DNA of 64,000 bases, from assembly GCA_951406725.2 (NCBI GenBank), contig OX597818.1, forward strand, positions 34,534,001 through 34,598,000. The letters run 5' to 3'. The DNA is from Octopus vulgaris (lineage: Eukaryota). This document shows, piece after piece, positions 1-12,390 of this stretch (position 1 is its first letter; every line of letters begins with the position of its first letter). The notes beneath the pieces were generated by a model. The model had not been told where the DNA came from. It searched no databases and saw nothing but the letters and a program-made list of their open reading frames with translations. Made by a program: the position numbers and the translations under genes.

Positions 1-302
1 TCAGTTAGAGAGCGCGCACTTTCTATGGCTATTCAAAACCGTCCAAGTGTGGTCGTGCACATCTTTACATTTCCCCAGTCACCACGCAAAGCCATTAAAA
101 AATCAATAGAAGTAACTTTTTTGTGAATTTTCTATCCAAAACCCAATCAAAATGCCCAAAACTTGATATGCCAATTGAATGCCAGCTAGCTGTATGTGAT
201 TGGTCGGAGATTTGGACAGTACTCGCATGTATGTGCGCATGCACGCAGCTTTATATGCATGCACTAGCACTATGACCCAGCGTTGCTGGGTCGTAGTGCT
301 AG
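1..302 (+). mobile_element. Probable Helitron 3' end
   Basis: Terminal hairpin ending CTAG followed by T; the paralogous site near 38230 reads ...gttA|Tcattatt with no element. Confidence 0.55.
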
Positions 303-642
303 TCATTATTAAAGAAGCAAGCTGGCAGAATCATTAGCACATTGGCCAAACTGCTTAGCGGTATTTTGCCCGTCACTATGTTCTGAGTTCAAATTCCATC
401 AAGGTCAACTTTGCCTTTCATCCTTTCAGGGCCAATAAAAAAAGTACCAGTAAAACACTGTATTTCACCCATTGCTACATTCTGAATTCAAATGCCACCA
501 AGGTGAACTCTGCCTTTCATCTTTTCAGGGTTGATAAATTAAGTACCAGTCAAGTACTGGGGTTGATGTAATCGACTTAACCCTTCCCCTAAATTTCAGG
601 CCTTATGCCTATAGTAGAAAGGGTTATTGTCATTACTATTAG

Positions 643-681
<39 letters not shown>

Positions 682-689
682 TATTATCA

Positions 690-1720
690 TTGAGCGAGAG
701 AGCAGAGAATGCCATCAAAGTGACACTGGGGTACAATTATACGACGCCCAATATACCCATCATTACTACCTGACTGATAAAGGTAAACCAAGCACATGCA
801 TCACAACAACATGTGTGCAACATGGTGATCTTATATCAAGATAAATAGCGCACGACCTTGCAGGTGGAGCTCAGTTACAATTTTTTCAGGTTGAGTAGCC
901 CATCTTGCTCAAAAGGTCCTTGAATAAGGTTTATTTAAGGATGATGAACAAAACACCCATGTTTCCAGAGGTGAATTATTCAAACCCCAAAGAGTTCCTC
1001 TCAACACATGGCTTATGCTCATGATCAGAGATGCACATAACATCATCCATTAAGGGATATGCTCAACTGGTTAAGGTCAAGCAACTGATAAGCAAATCTG
1101 TGGTATTGAGCTGAATATTTGCTCTAGCCCATCATTTATACCAAGACAAAACAATGTACATGATAACACTTCCAATCAGTTAAGATCAGAAGCCGTGAGA
1201 GCTAATGCCTGGTATTACATCAGGGCATTTATTATTATTATTATTGAGCGCAGTGCATACCATCATAGTGAGACTGGGGTAAAATATATGAAGCCCAGTA
1301 TACCCATCATGAGTACCGGTCTGATAAGGGTACACCAGGCACATGCATCACAGCTATATGTGCATGATATGGTGATCTCATATCAAGATTAACTGTGCAT
1401 GACCTTGCGGGTGGCGCCCAGTTAGAATTTTCTTCAGGCTGAATAGTCCATCCTGTTCAAATGGTCCTTGAATAAGAGTTGTTTAAGGATATTGAATGAA
1501 ATACCCCTGTTTCCTGAGGCGAATTATCCAAACCCCAAAGAACTCCTTTCAACACATGGCTATGATGCTCCCCCTCTACTTCTGCTCATGATCAGAGATG
1601 CACATATCATCAGCCACCAAGGGACATGCTCAACTGATTAAGGTCAAACTACTGACAAGCAAATCTGTGGTATTGAGCTGAATATTTACTGTAGCCCATC
1701 TTTTATACAAAGACAAAATA
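690..1720 (-). repeat. Two tandem copies of a ~500 bp interspersed repeat with (ATT)n ends
   Basis: ~690-1225 resembles ~1245-1720; mirrored at ~36700-37460. Confidence 0.7.
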
Positions 1721-2093
1721 TTATTACTATTATCATTATTATTTTTTTTTTATTTTATTTATTTTTTTTTTATTACGGTAGCAAGTTAGCAGAATCATTA
1801 GCATACCGGGTGAAATGCTCACCAACATTTCATCCATCCTTACGCTCTGAGTTCAAATTCTGCCATGGTCAACTTTGCCTTACCTACTTTTGGGGTTGAT
1901 AAATTAAGTACCAGTGAAACACTGGGATTGATGTAATTGTTTAATGCTCTGCCCAAAAATTTCACTATGCAAGGAGGTTTTCTTCTAATTAATCAATATA
2001 TATTACTATCATTAGTAATATTATGAAACTAACATATATTATATCATCATGACTATGTAATTATGTTATTGTCATTAAACAACTATTACTAAC

Positions 2094-2168
2094 CTTATTC
2101 TGGTTTTGGGGCTGATAGCCTCAAGAGCTCCTCGATCCCAAATAGCATTAAACTGTCCTTCAAAATCT
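2094..2168 (-). CDS. TPMT: TPMT (- copy) coding exon 5: [24 protein letters not shown]
   Basis: Reverse-complement match to 36253-36327. Confidence 0.87.
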
Positions 2169-4323
2169 CTGTGTTTTGGCAGAAAAGAAAAAGAAGTAAA
2201 ATTAATTGCAAGATTTATTACAATTGGTTGAAATTTAAAAGCACTTTTAATTATATTCTGGAAGAAAAGAAATAACCTATTTTTACTTCCTTTATTTTAG
2301 ATGAAGTTAAAGGAAGGCCTAGAAAGAATTACTGCAAGTGAAATAAATGTCAGAGATGCTTTGCCCCATGCAGAAACTAGGAGCTACGTCCTGTACACAT
2401 CACATGAATGGGGCAGTGAGGACTTAAGTAGCCTTTGTCTGAAAAAGGATTCCATCTGCAGTCCCTTGTCAACCACCACCACCACCACCACTTTGAGATG
2501 ATTTCAATTGCCATAGTTATCTTCGTACCTACTTGGAGGTTTTCTTCAAACTAACACACAGACCTAAAGGCAGTCTTCTACACCATGATTATTAATAATA
2601 ATTAACAATCATTGTAAATTGAAAAAAATAAGGAAAACAGTCACATTCATTAATAAAATAACATCTGATAATATTTTCTCAAAACTTGAATTGGTAAATT
2701 AATAATAACTGTTGTCATCATTGTCCATTTTTCTCTAAAAAGTTTATGAAGTTGTAGAAAATCTGCCTCAATAAAATCCATCTGACTCATGCAAGCAAAG
2801 AAAAATAGAAGCTGAATGATGATGATGATGATGATGATGCAAATGAGGATCTCTAATTACCAAATAGCTAATTAATACATGTAGCTGATATGGAATAAAG
2901 ATATGTAGATGGCATGGAATGAATGCTACAAAGCACTTTTATTCAGTTTATCAATTTATGAGCAACTCCTTTCTCACATGTGTCCCAAATTAACAACATT
3001 AGCATTTCCCACTGAAGTTATTTTCCTACGACAGGGGGAAATTGAAATTCTTGGACATGAGACAAAACTACTACAGCCACTACTACATCACCACCACCAC
3101 AACTGCGCTTCCTTTTGCCAACTCTCATCTGTTTCCAAACAAGTTAATATTTCCCAATGTCCAGACATCATGTGACCACGTGATATACATCACTGGTTAC
3201 AAAGTGCTCCTCACCATTTTAGCTTTCAAAAGATACCATACCATTGCATGGACGAGCAGCCCGATGTCCACACTTAATATTGGAAATGAATGACATTGCT
3301 TCTTTGACACTGACACACATTTACAAATACCACAAGATATCAAGTCAGGGAGAGACAAACCCATGCACCACCACACACAACTGGCTTTTTTTTAAGCTCC
3401 AGGCTATAGAAAGAAACACTTTCCCAAGGTGCACACATAGGGATTGAACCTGGAACTGCATGGTTGCAAAGCTAGCTACTCAGTCATTCCTCTGTGTCCA
3501 TGTTCTAATATTGAAAATTTAGTAGAGTTTTAAAAATTGCAATACTTACTTTGAAAATTTAAACATATCCATGCAATATAGTTTGATCTTTCCATCTTTG
3601 CTCTAGAAGAAAGATATAATACAAATGAAATACTTATTGAAACAATTTTTGAACAGCTAACTTCAATTTTCTGGATTTCTTTACTATAATACTCTAATTT
3701 CAGTTCTTAAGTTGCCATTTATTATTTACTCATTAGTATCCAGATCACTCTGTCAAATACGATTGCTTATTTATTCTCATCATTCTGTATTACTCATGCA
3801 TTGTCTCTGAGCTTCGAGATTTCAATGCTGTGATTGTTTCTTTTTAGAATGACATTGTGGGGAAGGTGAAAGAGGCTGGATCTGATCAGTCTGAACATAG
3901 AATATTTCAGCCGGATTTGACTTGTTTAAATGCTAAACAATTAAGCATTGTGTATGTGTAAATGCACTTAAGGTGAGAATGAGCTCACAAAATTATATTT
4001 CAATTAGAATTTCAATGCAACTATCCACTGTACCATCAATATACTACAGCTGATGGAAAAAAAGAACAAAAAAAATAATAACAATGTGAGGACATGGTAC
4101 ATACAAAGTATTAAAAAGACATTCAGAGAAAGAAAAAAAAAAGGGTGTTTTACGTTTCGAGCAAAGCTCTTCTTCAGAAACAGGAGACAGAGGAAAGTCC
4201 AAGAGAAAGGAAGTCAGAGGAAAAAAATCACCAACAATCCACATGTGGTTACATATCTATATATGTATGTATGCATCTGTTTATATATATATGTATATAT
4301 ATATATATATGTATATATATAGA

Positions 4324-4367
<44 letters not shown>

Positions 4368-4522
4368 TGTGTGTGTGTATGTATATACATATATGTGTGT
4401 ATGTGTGTATATGTATACATACATATACGTATATATATATATATGTATGTATATATAAATATATATACGCATATACGTATATATATATATGTATGTATAT
4501 ATATATATATACACATATATAT

Positions 4523-4575
<53 letters not shown>

Positions 4576-4578
4576 TAT

Positions 4579-4628
<50 letters not shown>

Positions 4629-7600
4629 ATATATATGTATGTAAATATATCTGTATGTAAATATATATATATATATATATGTACACATATATATATATAC
4701 ATATATATATACATATACATACATATATATATATATATATATTATATAGAGGGAATTACTATACATAAATGTCACACGCTAGGAGGGACTCTTAAAGTCA
4801 AAACTACCAAAATAAATAAACACATTGTACCAAATGCAACTCTCGAAGCAAGTCACTTAAAAACAGAATTCAGCCGCAAACCACGTTATTTCATAATTAG
4901 TGCAGTAATGCACTTTTTAATCATCAATGCAAGCATAATTCAAAATTTATAACGAATGAACAAAATCAACATACCAGATGATATATATACATACATATAT
5001 ATAGGATTTTCTTTCAGTCTTTGTCACACCAAATCCAATTCACTCACATGGCTTTGGTCAACCTAGAGATATACATGAGGCTAGAGTGCCACATGCTGGG
5101 ACCGAACTTCAAACTGTGTGGTTGGAAAGCAAATTTTATACCACACACCCACACCTGCACCATTATTTCAACATTTCTATAAAAGCTTCTACTATAAAAA
5201 TGAATATTTACTGCAAAGAGTTTTCCTGTGTTGTCCTTTAATTCTTCAACAGTATATTCCAAATTCTGGTCTGTAAAGAATTCCTGTAAAGCTTGTTCAG
5301 CAACGTCAACTCCAACAATATTGTGCCCTTTATCTGCTAATCTGAAAAATAAACAAACTATACATATATATATTTCTTTACAGCCCACAAGGGGCTAAAC
5401 ATAGAGGGGACAAACAAGGACAGACAAACGGATTAAGTCGATTACATCGACCTCAGTGCATAACTGGTACTTTATTTATCGACCCCAAAAGGATGAAAGG
5501 CAAAGTCGACCTCGGCGAAGTTTGAACCCAGAACGTAATGCATTTCACCTGGCGGGCTAACGTTTCTGCCAGCTCATGGATCATCATCAGCATCATCACC
5601 ATCATCATTTAACATCCGCCTATATTTATACACACACACACACACACTTGTGCACACATACAAACGCGCACACACACTCAAACACACACACACATCACTG
5701 GAGATAATGTTCTGTTGGATCCTCATAAATTTAGTGGGTGAGGGAAAAAACAAGAGCAGAGAATGGGTTCCAGAAGGATGAGAGGCTGAGAAAAGGAGTG
5801 GAAACAGTATTTATTACAGGATGAGGCGTTGCATCTCTATGGGTGATTGCTAAAAATGGACATCATTTTTATTAGATGTTGTTCTCATTACTTGGAAGTA
5901 GATCAGCTTCCATGAGCAAGTCCTTGAACAAGTATTTCAGCATGTGAGTAACTTCCACCTTGACACAGAGCCACTGTGTCCATGTTGCTATTGGTATTTA
6001 CAGAATACTAATGCAAAACATTTCCTATCAAAGACCTGCTGTTAGTTAATGAAGAAGCTTGAATCCATATGTAATGGCCCTGGAAGCTGTCCCATCTTTC
6101 AGACGGTGCATAAAACTTGTGGATTATTTAGTCTTAATTAGTGATTGATGTAAATCTTTTACAAGCATAACATAATCAAAAGACTGATACAGATTTCTTC
6201 AGTCTTTAGATAGAGCACGTAAGGTCCAGAAACTATACAAGCACTTCCTTGCTGGTTCTTTTTATAAGGTGTTCAGGTAATCTCCTAACTTATTGAGTCA
6301 CTGTTATTCAAAGACAATACTTACTTTTTCATATCTACACATTTCCCACAAAAGGGAAAGAAAATTTTTATTCCATTTCTTCCATCAATAAATTTGTCCA
6401 AGTGTTTCTCAAGTGATCTTAAAGACAAAGGAAAAGAATAGCAAAAATAAACAATTATTTGAATAATATTCCATAAAAAACAATAATAATTTCTTTTGAC
6501 AGAGTACCATGCCAGTTATTTAAAGGGAAAGGTGTAATCAAAAGATTGAACCTCAATATGTTACTGATACTCATTTTGTCAGTAATGTAGGCACAAGAAG
6601 CAAAGAAAACCTGGCAGAATTAGAAACCAAGAACAAGATAGGGAGCCTTTATGAAATCACTCAAACTGCTGGTAATAACAGCTAAACCCTTCAATGGTAT
6701 CCTTGCATGAAAATTATTGAGGTGAGAAAATGTGATGCTTCTTGACATCCCCCAGCTTCATACTGCTGAAGATGCAAGAGGAAATAAAAGATAAATCCTT
6801 CACACAGGGAAACAAGCAAGGCTTAGGGTGATGAAGGGCATTTGATTGTGAGAACAATGACTGCGAAATGTATTTGATAGCAAGGAAAAGAAAACAGATA
6901 TTAGACAAATAAATTCATTTTCATGTAACTGAGAAATAGTGGATTGACCTCTGTAATTCTTGTTTCCCTTCATCTTCTCCCTACCCCTCTTACATGTCAC
7001 TCCTTAATTTCTGTTACCATTTGCAGACAATACTACTTCTCTCTCTCTCTCTCTCTGTGTTTCTCAGTTGGAAGAAAGTGTAAGAAAAAAAATGGTAATT
7101 AGACTTAGCAAACTCTTCTAAGAACTTTACTATAGGTTAACCCATTTGATACCAACCCACCTGAGATTGACCCTAATTTTATGATACAAATTTCTCATTT
7201 TAACCCTTTAACATTTAAAGCGGACATATCTAGCTAAAATATTCTACTTGCTTTATGTTCAAACTGGCCAGATCTGGAGTCTCACATCTACCCTGAATGT
7301 CATTTTGAACATAAACAAACACATCATCAAAATCTCAAAGTTACAAGATAATGCAGGATAAATTCATGACAATCATCATCATCATCCTCCTTTCCCTCTT
7401 CATCATCATCATTTAGCATCTGCTATCCATGCTGGCATGGGTTAGATGGCTTGGTTGAAACTGCTAAACTGGAGAGCTGCACCAGGTTCCAATCAGATCT
7501 AGGACGGTTTCTACAGCTGGATGCCCTTCCTAAATGCCAACCACTCCTCTGACAGAATAATCTGAATGCTTAAGGGTAAAGTGATCTAAATAACAAATTT

Positions 7601-8286
7601 CTTTCAAAATTTCAAGTTGATTGATGTTTCAAACATCATTTTAATTACTGCAAAGTTATTTCATTATTAAATTCTTCATTACTTTCAGAATTAATTAAAA
7701 TAAAGACTGGGTATTTTAACAGAAATATGGTAACAAAAGAGTTGACAATAGGTATGATGCAGTATCAGTGATGTGACAGGAAATGTTCATCCCTCAGCTG
7801 ATCACCCAGCATCCTTATCAATTCAAGACATGTAAGGGAGTCTCTAGGCAGTCACCTGATGTGCTAGAAGTAGCAGATAAGCCTCCCTCAAATAACACTC
7901 TGCTATCTTATAAAGGGTGGATCACCTGTGCTATGTAGCTCTTAAACAATAAAAAAACAGCCCCTGGGATCATATCTTGGGTCAAGCGGGACTGACTTTA
8001 GGCCTGTTATAAGTTTAAAGACTCTTTAGGTCAAAGTTTATTTCAGTTCCATGGCATATGAACATAACTAAATAGTATGGCAGAACAATCATGGCAAAAC
8101 TAGACAGTTACAACTTGAGCCAGATGTGGTGCTTGAATAAGTTAATTAATTAAAAGATAATTGAGTAACTTACACATGCATTTCTTCCTGGTGGAAAGGA
8201 ATATTTTTAGTGTTCCACAGATTGATCCAGTAACCATTTTCATCAAATTCGCCATCAGAGGTAGTTTTCTTTTCACTCTCAGTCAT
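2094..8286 (-). CDS. TPMT: Second TPMT paralogue, coding exons 1-5 (3' exons not in window)
   Basis: Exons 8174-8286, 6325-6417, 5212-5341, 3550-3602 and 2094-2168 have intact splice sites and no stop or frameshift; 14 nt differences in 464 nt versus the + copy. Functional versus pseudogene status cannot be decided inside the window. Confidence 0.85.
3550..3602 (-). CDS. TPMT: TPMT (- copy) coding exon 4
   Basis: Identical to reverse complement of 34826-34878. Confidence 0.85.
4146..4182 (-). ncRNA. Minimal type I hammerhead ribozyme motif (Penelope-like-element type)
   Basis: Minus strand reads TGTTT CTGAAGA A GAGC TTT GCTC GAAA CG TA AAACA: stem I TGTTT/AAACA, CUGANGA core, stem II GAGC/GCTC, GAAA, palindromic ACGT stem III, GUA cleavage triplet. 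Confidence 0.7.
4255..4748. repeat. Complex (TA)n/(TG)n/(CA)n microsatellite
   Basis: ~500 bp dinucleotide tract; source of the YIYI ORFs. Confidence 0.95.
5212..5341 (-). CDS. TPMT: TPMT (- copy) coding exon 3: [22 protein letters not shown]...KLFA
   Basis: Contained in ORF 5044..5388; matches 33749-33878. Confidence 0.87.
6325..6417 (-). CDS. TPMT: TPMT (- copy) coding exon 2: [30 protein letters not shown]
   Basis: Reverse-complement match to 32905-32997. Confidence 0.87.
8174..8286 (-). CDS. TPMT: TPMT (- copy) coding exon 1: [37 protein letters not shown]
   Basis: Reverse-complement match to 30941-31053; ATG and gtaagt retained. Confidence 0.85.
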
Positions 8287-10169
8287 ATTTGGTTCTTCAA
8301 AACAAACAGAAAAATAAATTCAAAAAGGAACAACACACATTTATTAAAAGACTGGTTCAAGAGTGTGAAAGGGATAAATTTTTCAGGCAAGTATTTATCC
8401 GTCTTCACCAAGTGCTTCTTTCTTCACTACTTTGGTAAGTATGGTGAAGTCCATTATTTGCTGAAGAGAGCTAATCCAATTGAAATGTGTTTGGAGTTAT
8501 CTCCCTTATGTTCTGAAATACCACTTGCCATTGAATTAATGCTGACTTTTCATCAGTAGATTATTATTTTTAATTATCTTTCTGCAGCTTGTGACATTAA
8601 ATACATTAATACTAATTCAGATAAGGTAAGACAATATGAAGCTATGTGGTCTTAGTTAGGGTGTTGGATTCATGATTATAAGGTTGTGGTTTCAATTTCA
8701 AGACTGTCTGGGATTTCTTGAATAATATACTTCATTTTACACTGTTTCACTCCTCTCAGCTGAAAATTAGAACCAGCAACTGCGATGGTCTGACATCATG
8801 TTTAGGAGGGACTTCTCTATTCTTGAGTTGCTCATAAGCCCTAGAAACCAAGATAAGCTCTGATGTAAAAAACTTGTAGGCTCATGACAGACCTAAGTTT
8901 GAGCTTATGATGGGGTCTTTGCATGATCACTTGAACTGCAAGACATAGCAGTCAAATGAAAGGACAGGTCAAGGTAAGTAAAAGCAGGTCCTTTATTGCC
9001 ATGAACTCCCTCACACACACATAGTCTCTCCCCTGTCAAAACTCCCCTACAACACATTTTCCCAACACCTCCACCACCAGCTGAAGGAACCCCCTCCCCT
9101 CCACTCTCGGTCACATGCCTATCTGCTCATTCTTCATGCCCTCACATCTGCCATACACCCCTCCCAATTTCTCTCATCATCACTTGCAACAGCCGTGTCT
9201 TCCCCATCTCTAAGCGTCTCCCCTCACATTCTTATGGAACATCTTCCTCCCCTCCCACAGTACTACTTATTTATAAAAAAATTTTAAATCCAGTTTTCGG
9301 AAAGTTGTGAGGAGACAAAGACAACTCGTGTGAATTTTTCGAAACTCCTCTCCCCATCCTTGGAAAAACCCTTTCATAAAAACATTTCCATATAATCGGA
9401 ATCTAGAGCACCTGAAGCATATTTATAGAGGTTTTCATTGGAAAACATCCATTTTCCACGCAGTTATGAGGAAACAAAATCGATGGGGCACATTTGTGTA
9501 AGTATGCTCTGATAAATAACTCACATGAATTACGGTAAGTTGAATAACGAAAACAACGCAACAGTTTACGGTGTGCGACCTACAAAAAGTAACAGCCAAA
9601 TCTCTCTCAAATCACAGTTCTAGATGCACTAAGTCTGAATAAAATACTGGATGATAACAGATAGATTGTCTTCGATCACAGATCAGAGTTATACGTCTTA
9701 TCGATTATTTTTACTCTGTTCAATAGAGCATATAAATATGAACTTTTCTAAAAAGTATTTTAAGACAATGGATGCAGTTATTACTGCATTACAGCTTGAG
9801 GCAATTCAGTCTTTTATCTAGACTTAGTGTATTGAGGACCGTGATTTTAAAGATCTACCTGCTATTTCTAATAGATCGAGCGACGGCATAAAAGCTCTTT
9901 TCTTAATTGTCATGTTGTGCTTGCTATTCAACTTAAGCTATTCACATGATTAATAAAAATTGTTTTTTAAAAAGGTGACAAAGTAGTTCGTTTCTAAACG
10001 ATCTTGTTCCAGGTTCTGTACCACTGAGCAACACCAGTACCTTAGCTTCAATATAGTATTTAATTGGTGTTGATCAGCCTAATAGGGAAAACTTATGATC
10101 AATGACGTTCCCTCCATCTCTTTTAATTATAGAGAAACTACCCTGCTCGAAAATCGTATTAAAGACTCA

Positions 10170-10473
10170 TCTTTATATATAAAAATGAAGTTGTGTGAGA
10201 GTCTGTCTCCTCCAATTTAGATTCCTAACTACTCCCACATTTTGCGGTGCAGTTTAACCAAAAGCGGGTATCTTATAGTCGGGATTCATATCGAGCCCTT
10301 CTAGGTATTAGCGTGCGTCTACGATGAGTCTACGATTTAAAAAAAAATTTACCATCATTTTTTCGTTTTTTAATGCTTTTTTTGCTCGTTTTATATAAGG
10401 GAAGTAACTCTCTAAAAATGCTTATATAGTTATTTCCCTTACAAACCCGAGCAACGCCGTGCGATACTGCTAG
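10170..10473 (+). mobile_element. Non-autonomous Helitron
   Basis: A|TC...hairpin...CTAG|T; empty A|T site in the other arm at ~28300; near-identical family member at 27141-27402. Confidence 0.88.
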
Positions 10474-11444
10474 TATTTAAATAAAAATTTTCGATGCAAA
10501 CCTTGTAACAAAAATCTATTCTTTTCTACTCTAGGCACAAGGCCCGAAATTTTGTGGGAGGTGGACAGACCTATCGGTACTTAATTTATCGACTCCGAAA
10601 GGATGAAAGGCGAAGTCAATTCAGTTATGTCCCTTGGCACAATGAAACCCAGTGTTTACGTTCTTCTTCCTACGAGGGTGTAGTCTAGTGCATATGTTAG
10701 AAATGATTCCCTGATCATTTCTTTATGATTTTATTCGACGTATATATATATACTAGTCTGTTGTCTATAAGAATTAACCGAATTGGTTAATTTAACTGTA
10801 CACACGGATCTTTGTATTATTGTATCTTATTTTAAAATCAGATCGAATACACTTATCCATTTAAATTTTATCGCCTAAAATATTTTACTGACGCACTAAA
10901 TTGATTGCTTCCCAAGCGCAAAGTTTACAGATTTACCCCTAAAAAGCGAAATGAGAGATAATGATAACGTCTAATACGCATTTGTGAGTATATTTCTAAT
11001 GAGGAGACTGTGATGTGTTACATTCAAATTACGATGAACGTAAACAAACAAACGAAGTTTGCTTTAGAAGCGTTTCCACGTCTTAGAAAGGACCAAACTG
11101 GGGCGTAGGTCTACGCAATTGCTATTTCCCCTTTGGTAAGCAAAATGCTTAGCGGTATTTCGTCGGCCGTTACGTTCTGAGTTCAAATTCCGCCGAGGTA
11201 TGGCTGAGTGGTTAAGTATGCTTCGTAACCGAGTTATGGGATGTTTTCCTTTTGAACAGCAGTTTTCAACACAATTTCTAGTTAACTAAACACTTTTAAA
11301 CTTCGTATACTGGTATAATGTGTCAAAATAAAACGTTTTTTTCTCTTGGCTTTCTTGAGAAAATTGTAATTTGTAAGTTTAACGTTGTTTAATTTTTCGA
11401 ATTTTAACCAATCAATTGCCTCTATTGAGCTAAAATCATTTGCT

Positions 11445-11692
11445 GCGTCTAAGGAGGCAGACCAAAAGGGAACAGAGACAGTTCCTGCCAATTCGAGGCG
11501 TTGTTGGATAGGCAGAAGTTCTTCAGTAGTTTCGAGAGAACAAGGGCGAAACAAGTCCGAGCACCCTAAGGGATCTGATTGACAAGCTTCAGCTTGGACA
11601 AACCCAGGGATCTGGAATTCAGAGCAAGGTTCTTCGGTCCTACTAAGGATGTCAGAGCTGAAGTGATATCAGTTGCATGTCCAGTTAGAAAA
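11445..11692 (-). mobile_element. Remnant of the CRE-like element in the left arm
   Basis: Reverse-complement match to ~23722-23960. Confidence 0.8.
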
Positions 11693-11796
11693 TGGCCCAT
11701 TGTATCAGGAACGAAGTATATATTATAGTTTCATCAAAATGTTACTACATGTATTCATGGAAAACAAAACAAAATATAACGAGTTACGCAAATTAG

Positions 11797-12390
11797 GGCG
11801 ATGTTTCGCTTGTCGTAGCACACGTTTCCGTCGATTTCCGTAAAAAATGTAAACACTGAATCGGCCATACATACATACATACATACATACATACACACAT
11901 ACATACACACATACATACATACACACACACACACATACATAGATACATACACACACACATACATGCAGACATAACTATACACATACACCGAGTAAAAAAT
12001 TACGATGAATCGGCCATACATACATACACACACACATACTTACACACACACACATACATAGATACATACACACACACACACACATACATGCATACATACA
12101 TATACACATACACCGAGTAAAAAATCAGTTATCTCTCTCTTTCACACATTACTCTCTCTGTCTCTTCGCACACACTAACAGAAGCACTTCACTTACACAA
12201 CATACTGTCTGTCTCCCACACCCCATCAAACACACACACGGGGACTTCAAAGGGAAATTTCCTCGTCATAAAATCGCTTCCTCTTAGTCTCTTTCGCTCT
12301 CATTACTTATGTAAAAAAATAAAAGTTTTTTTACGGAAATCGACAGAGGAAATCGACGGAAACTTGTGCTACGACAAACGAAACATCGCC
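11797..12390. mobile_element. MITE with ~43 bp TIR (GGCGATGTTTCG...), 2 bp TSD AG, internal (TACA)n
   Basis: TIRs at both ends; the empty site in the other arm (~23135) shows a single AG. Confidence 0.85.

Noticed and set aside
2301-3175. ORFs conserved between arms (MKLKEG..., MAWN...) as separate genes
   Set aside because: They lie antisense within TPMT intron 4, are similar only because of the duplication and show no recognisable domain.
4145-4952. Overlapping 70-190 aa ORFs rich in YIYI
   Set aside because: Translations of a (TA)n microsatellite; the same applies to ORFs at 11723-12033, 48054-48343 and 63585-63809.
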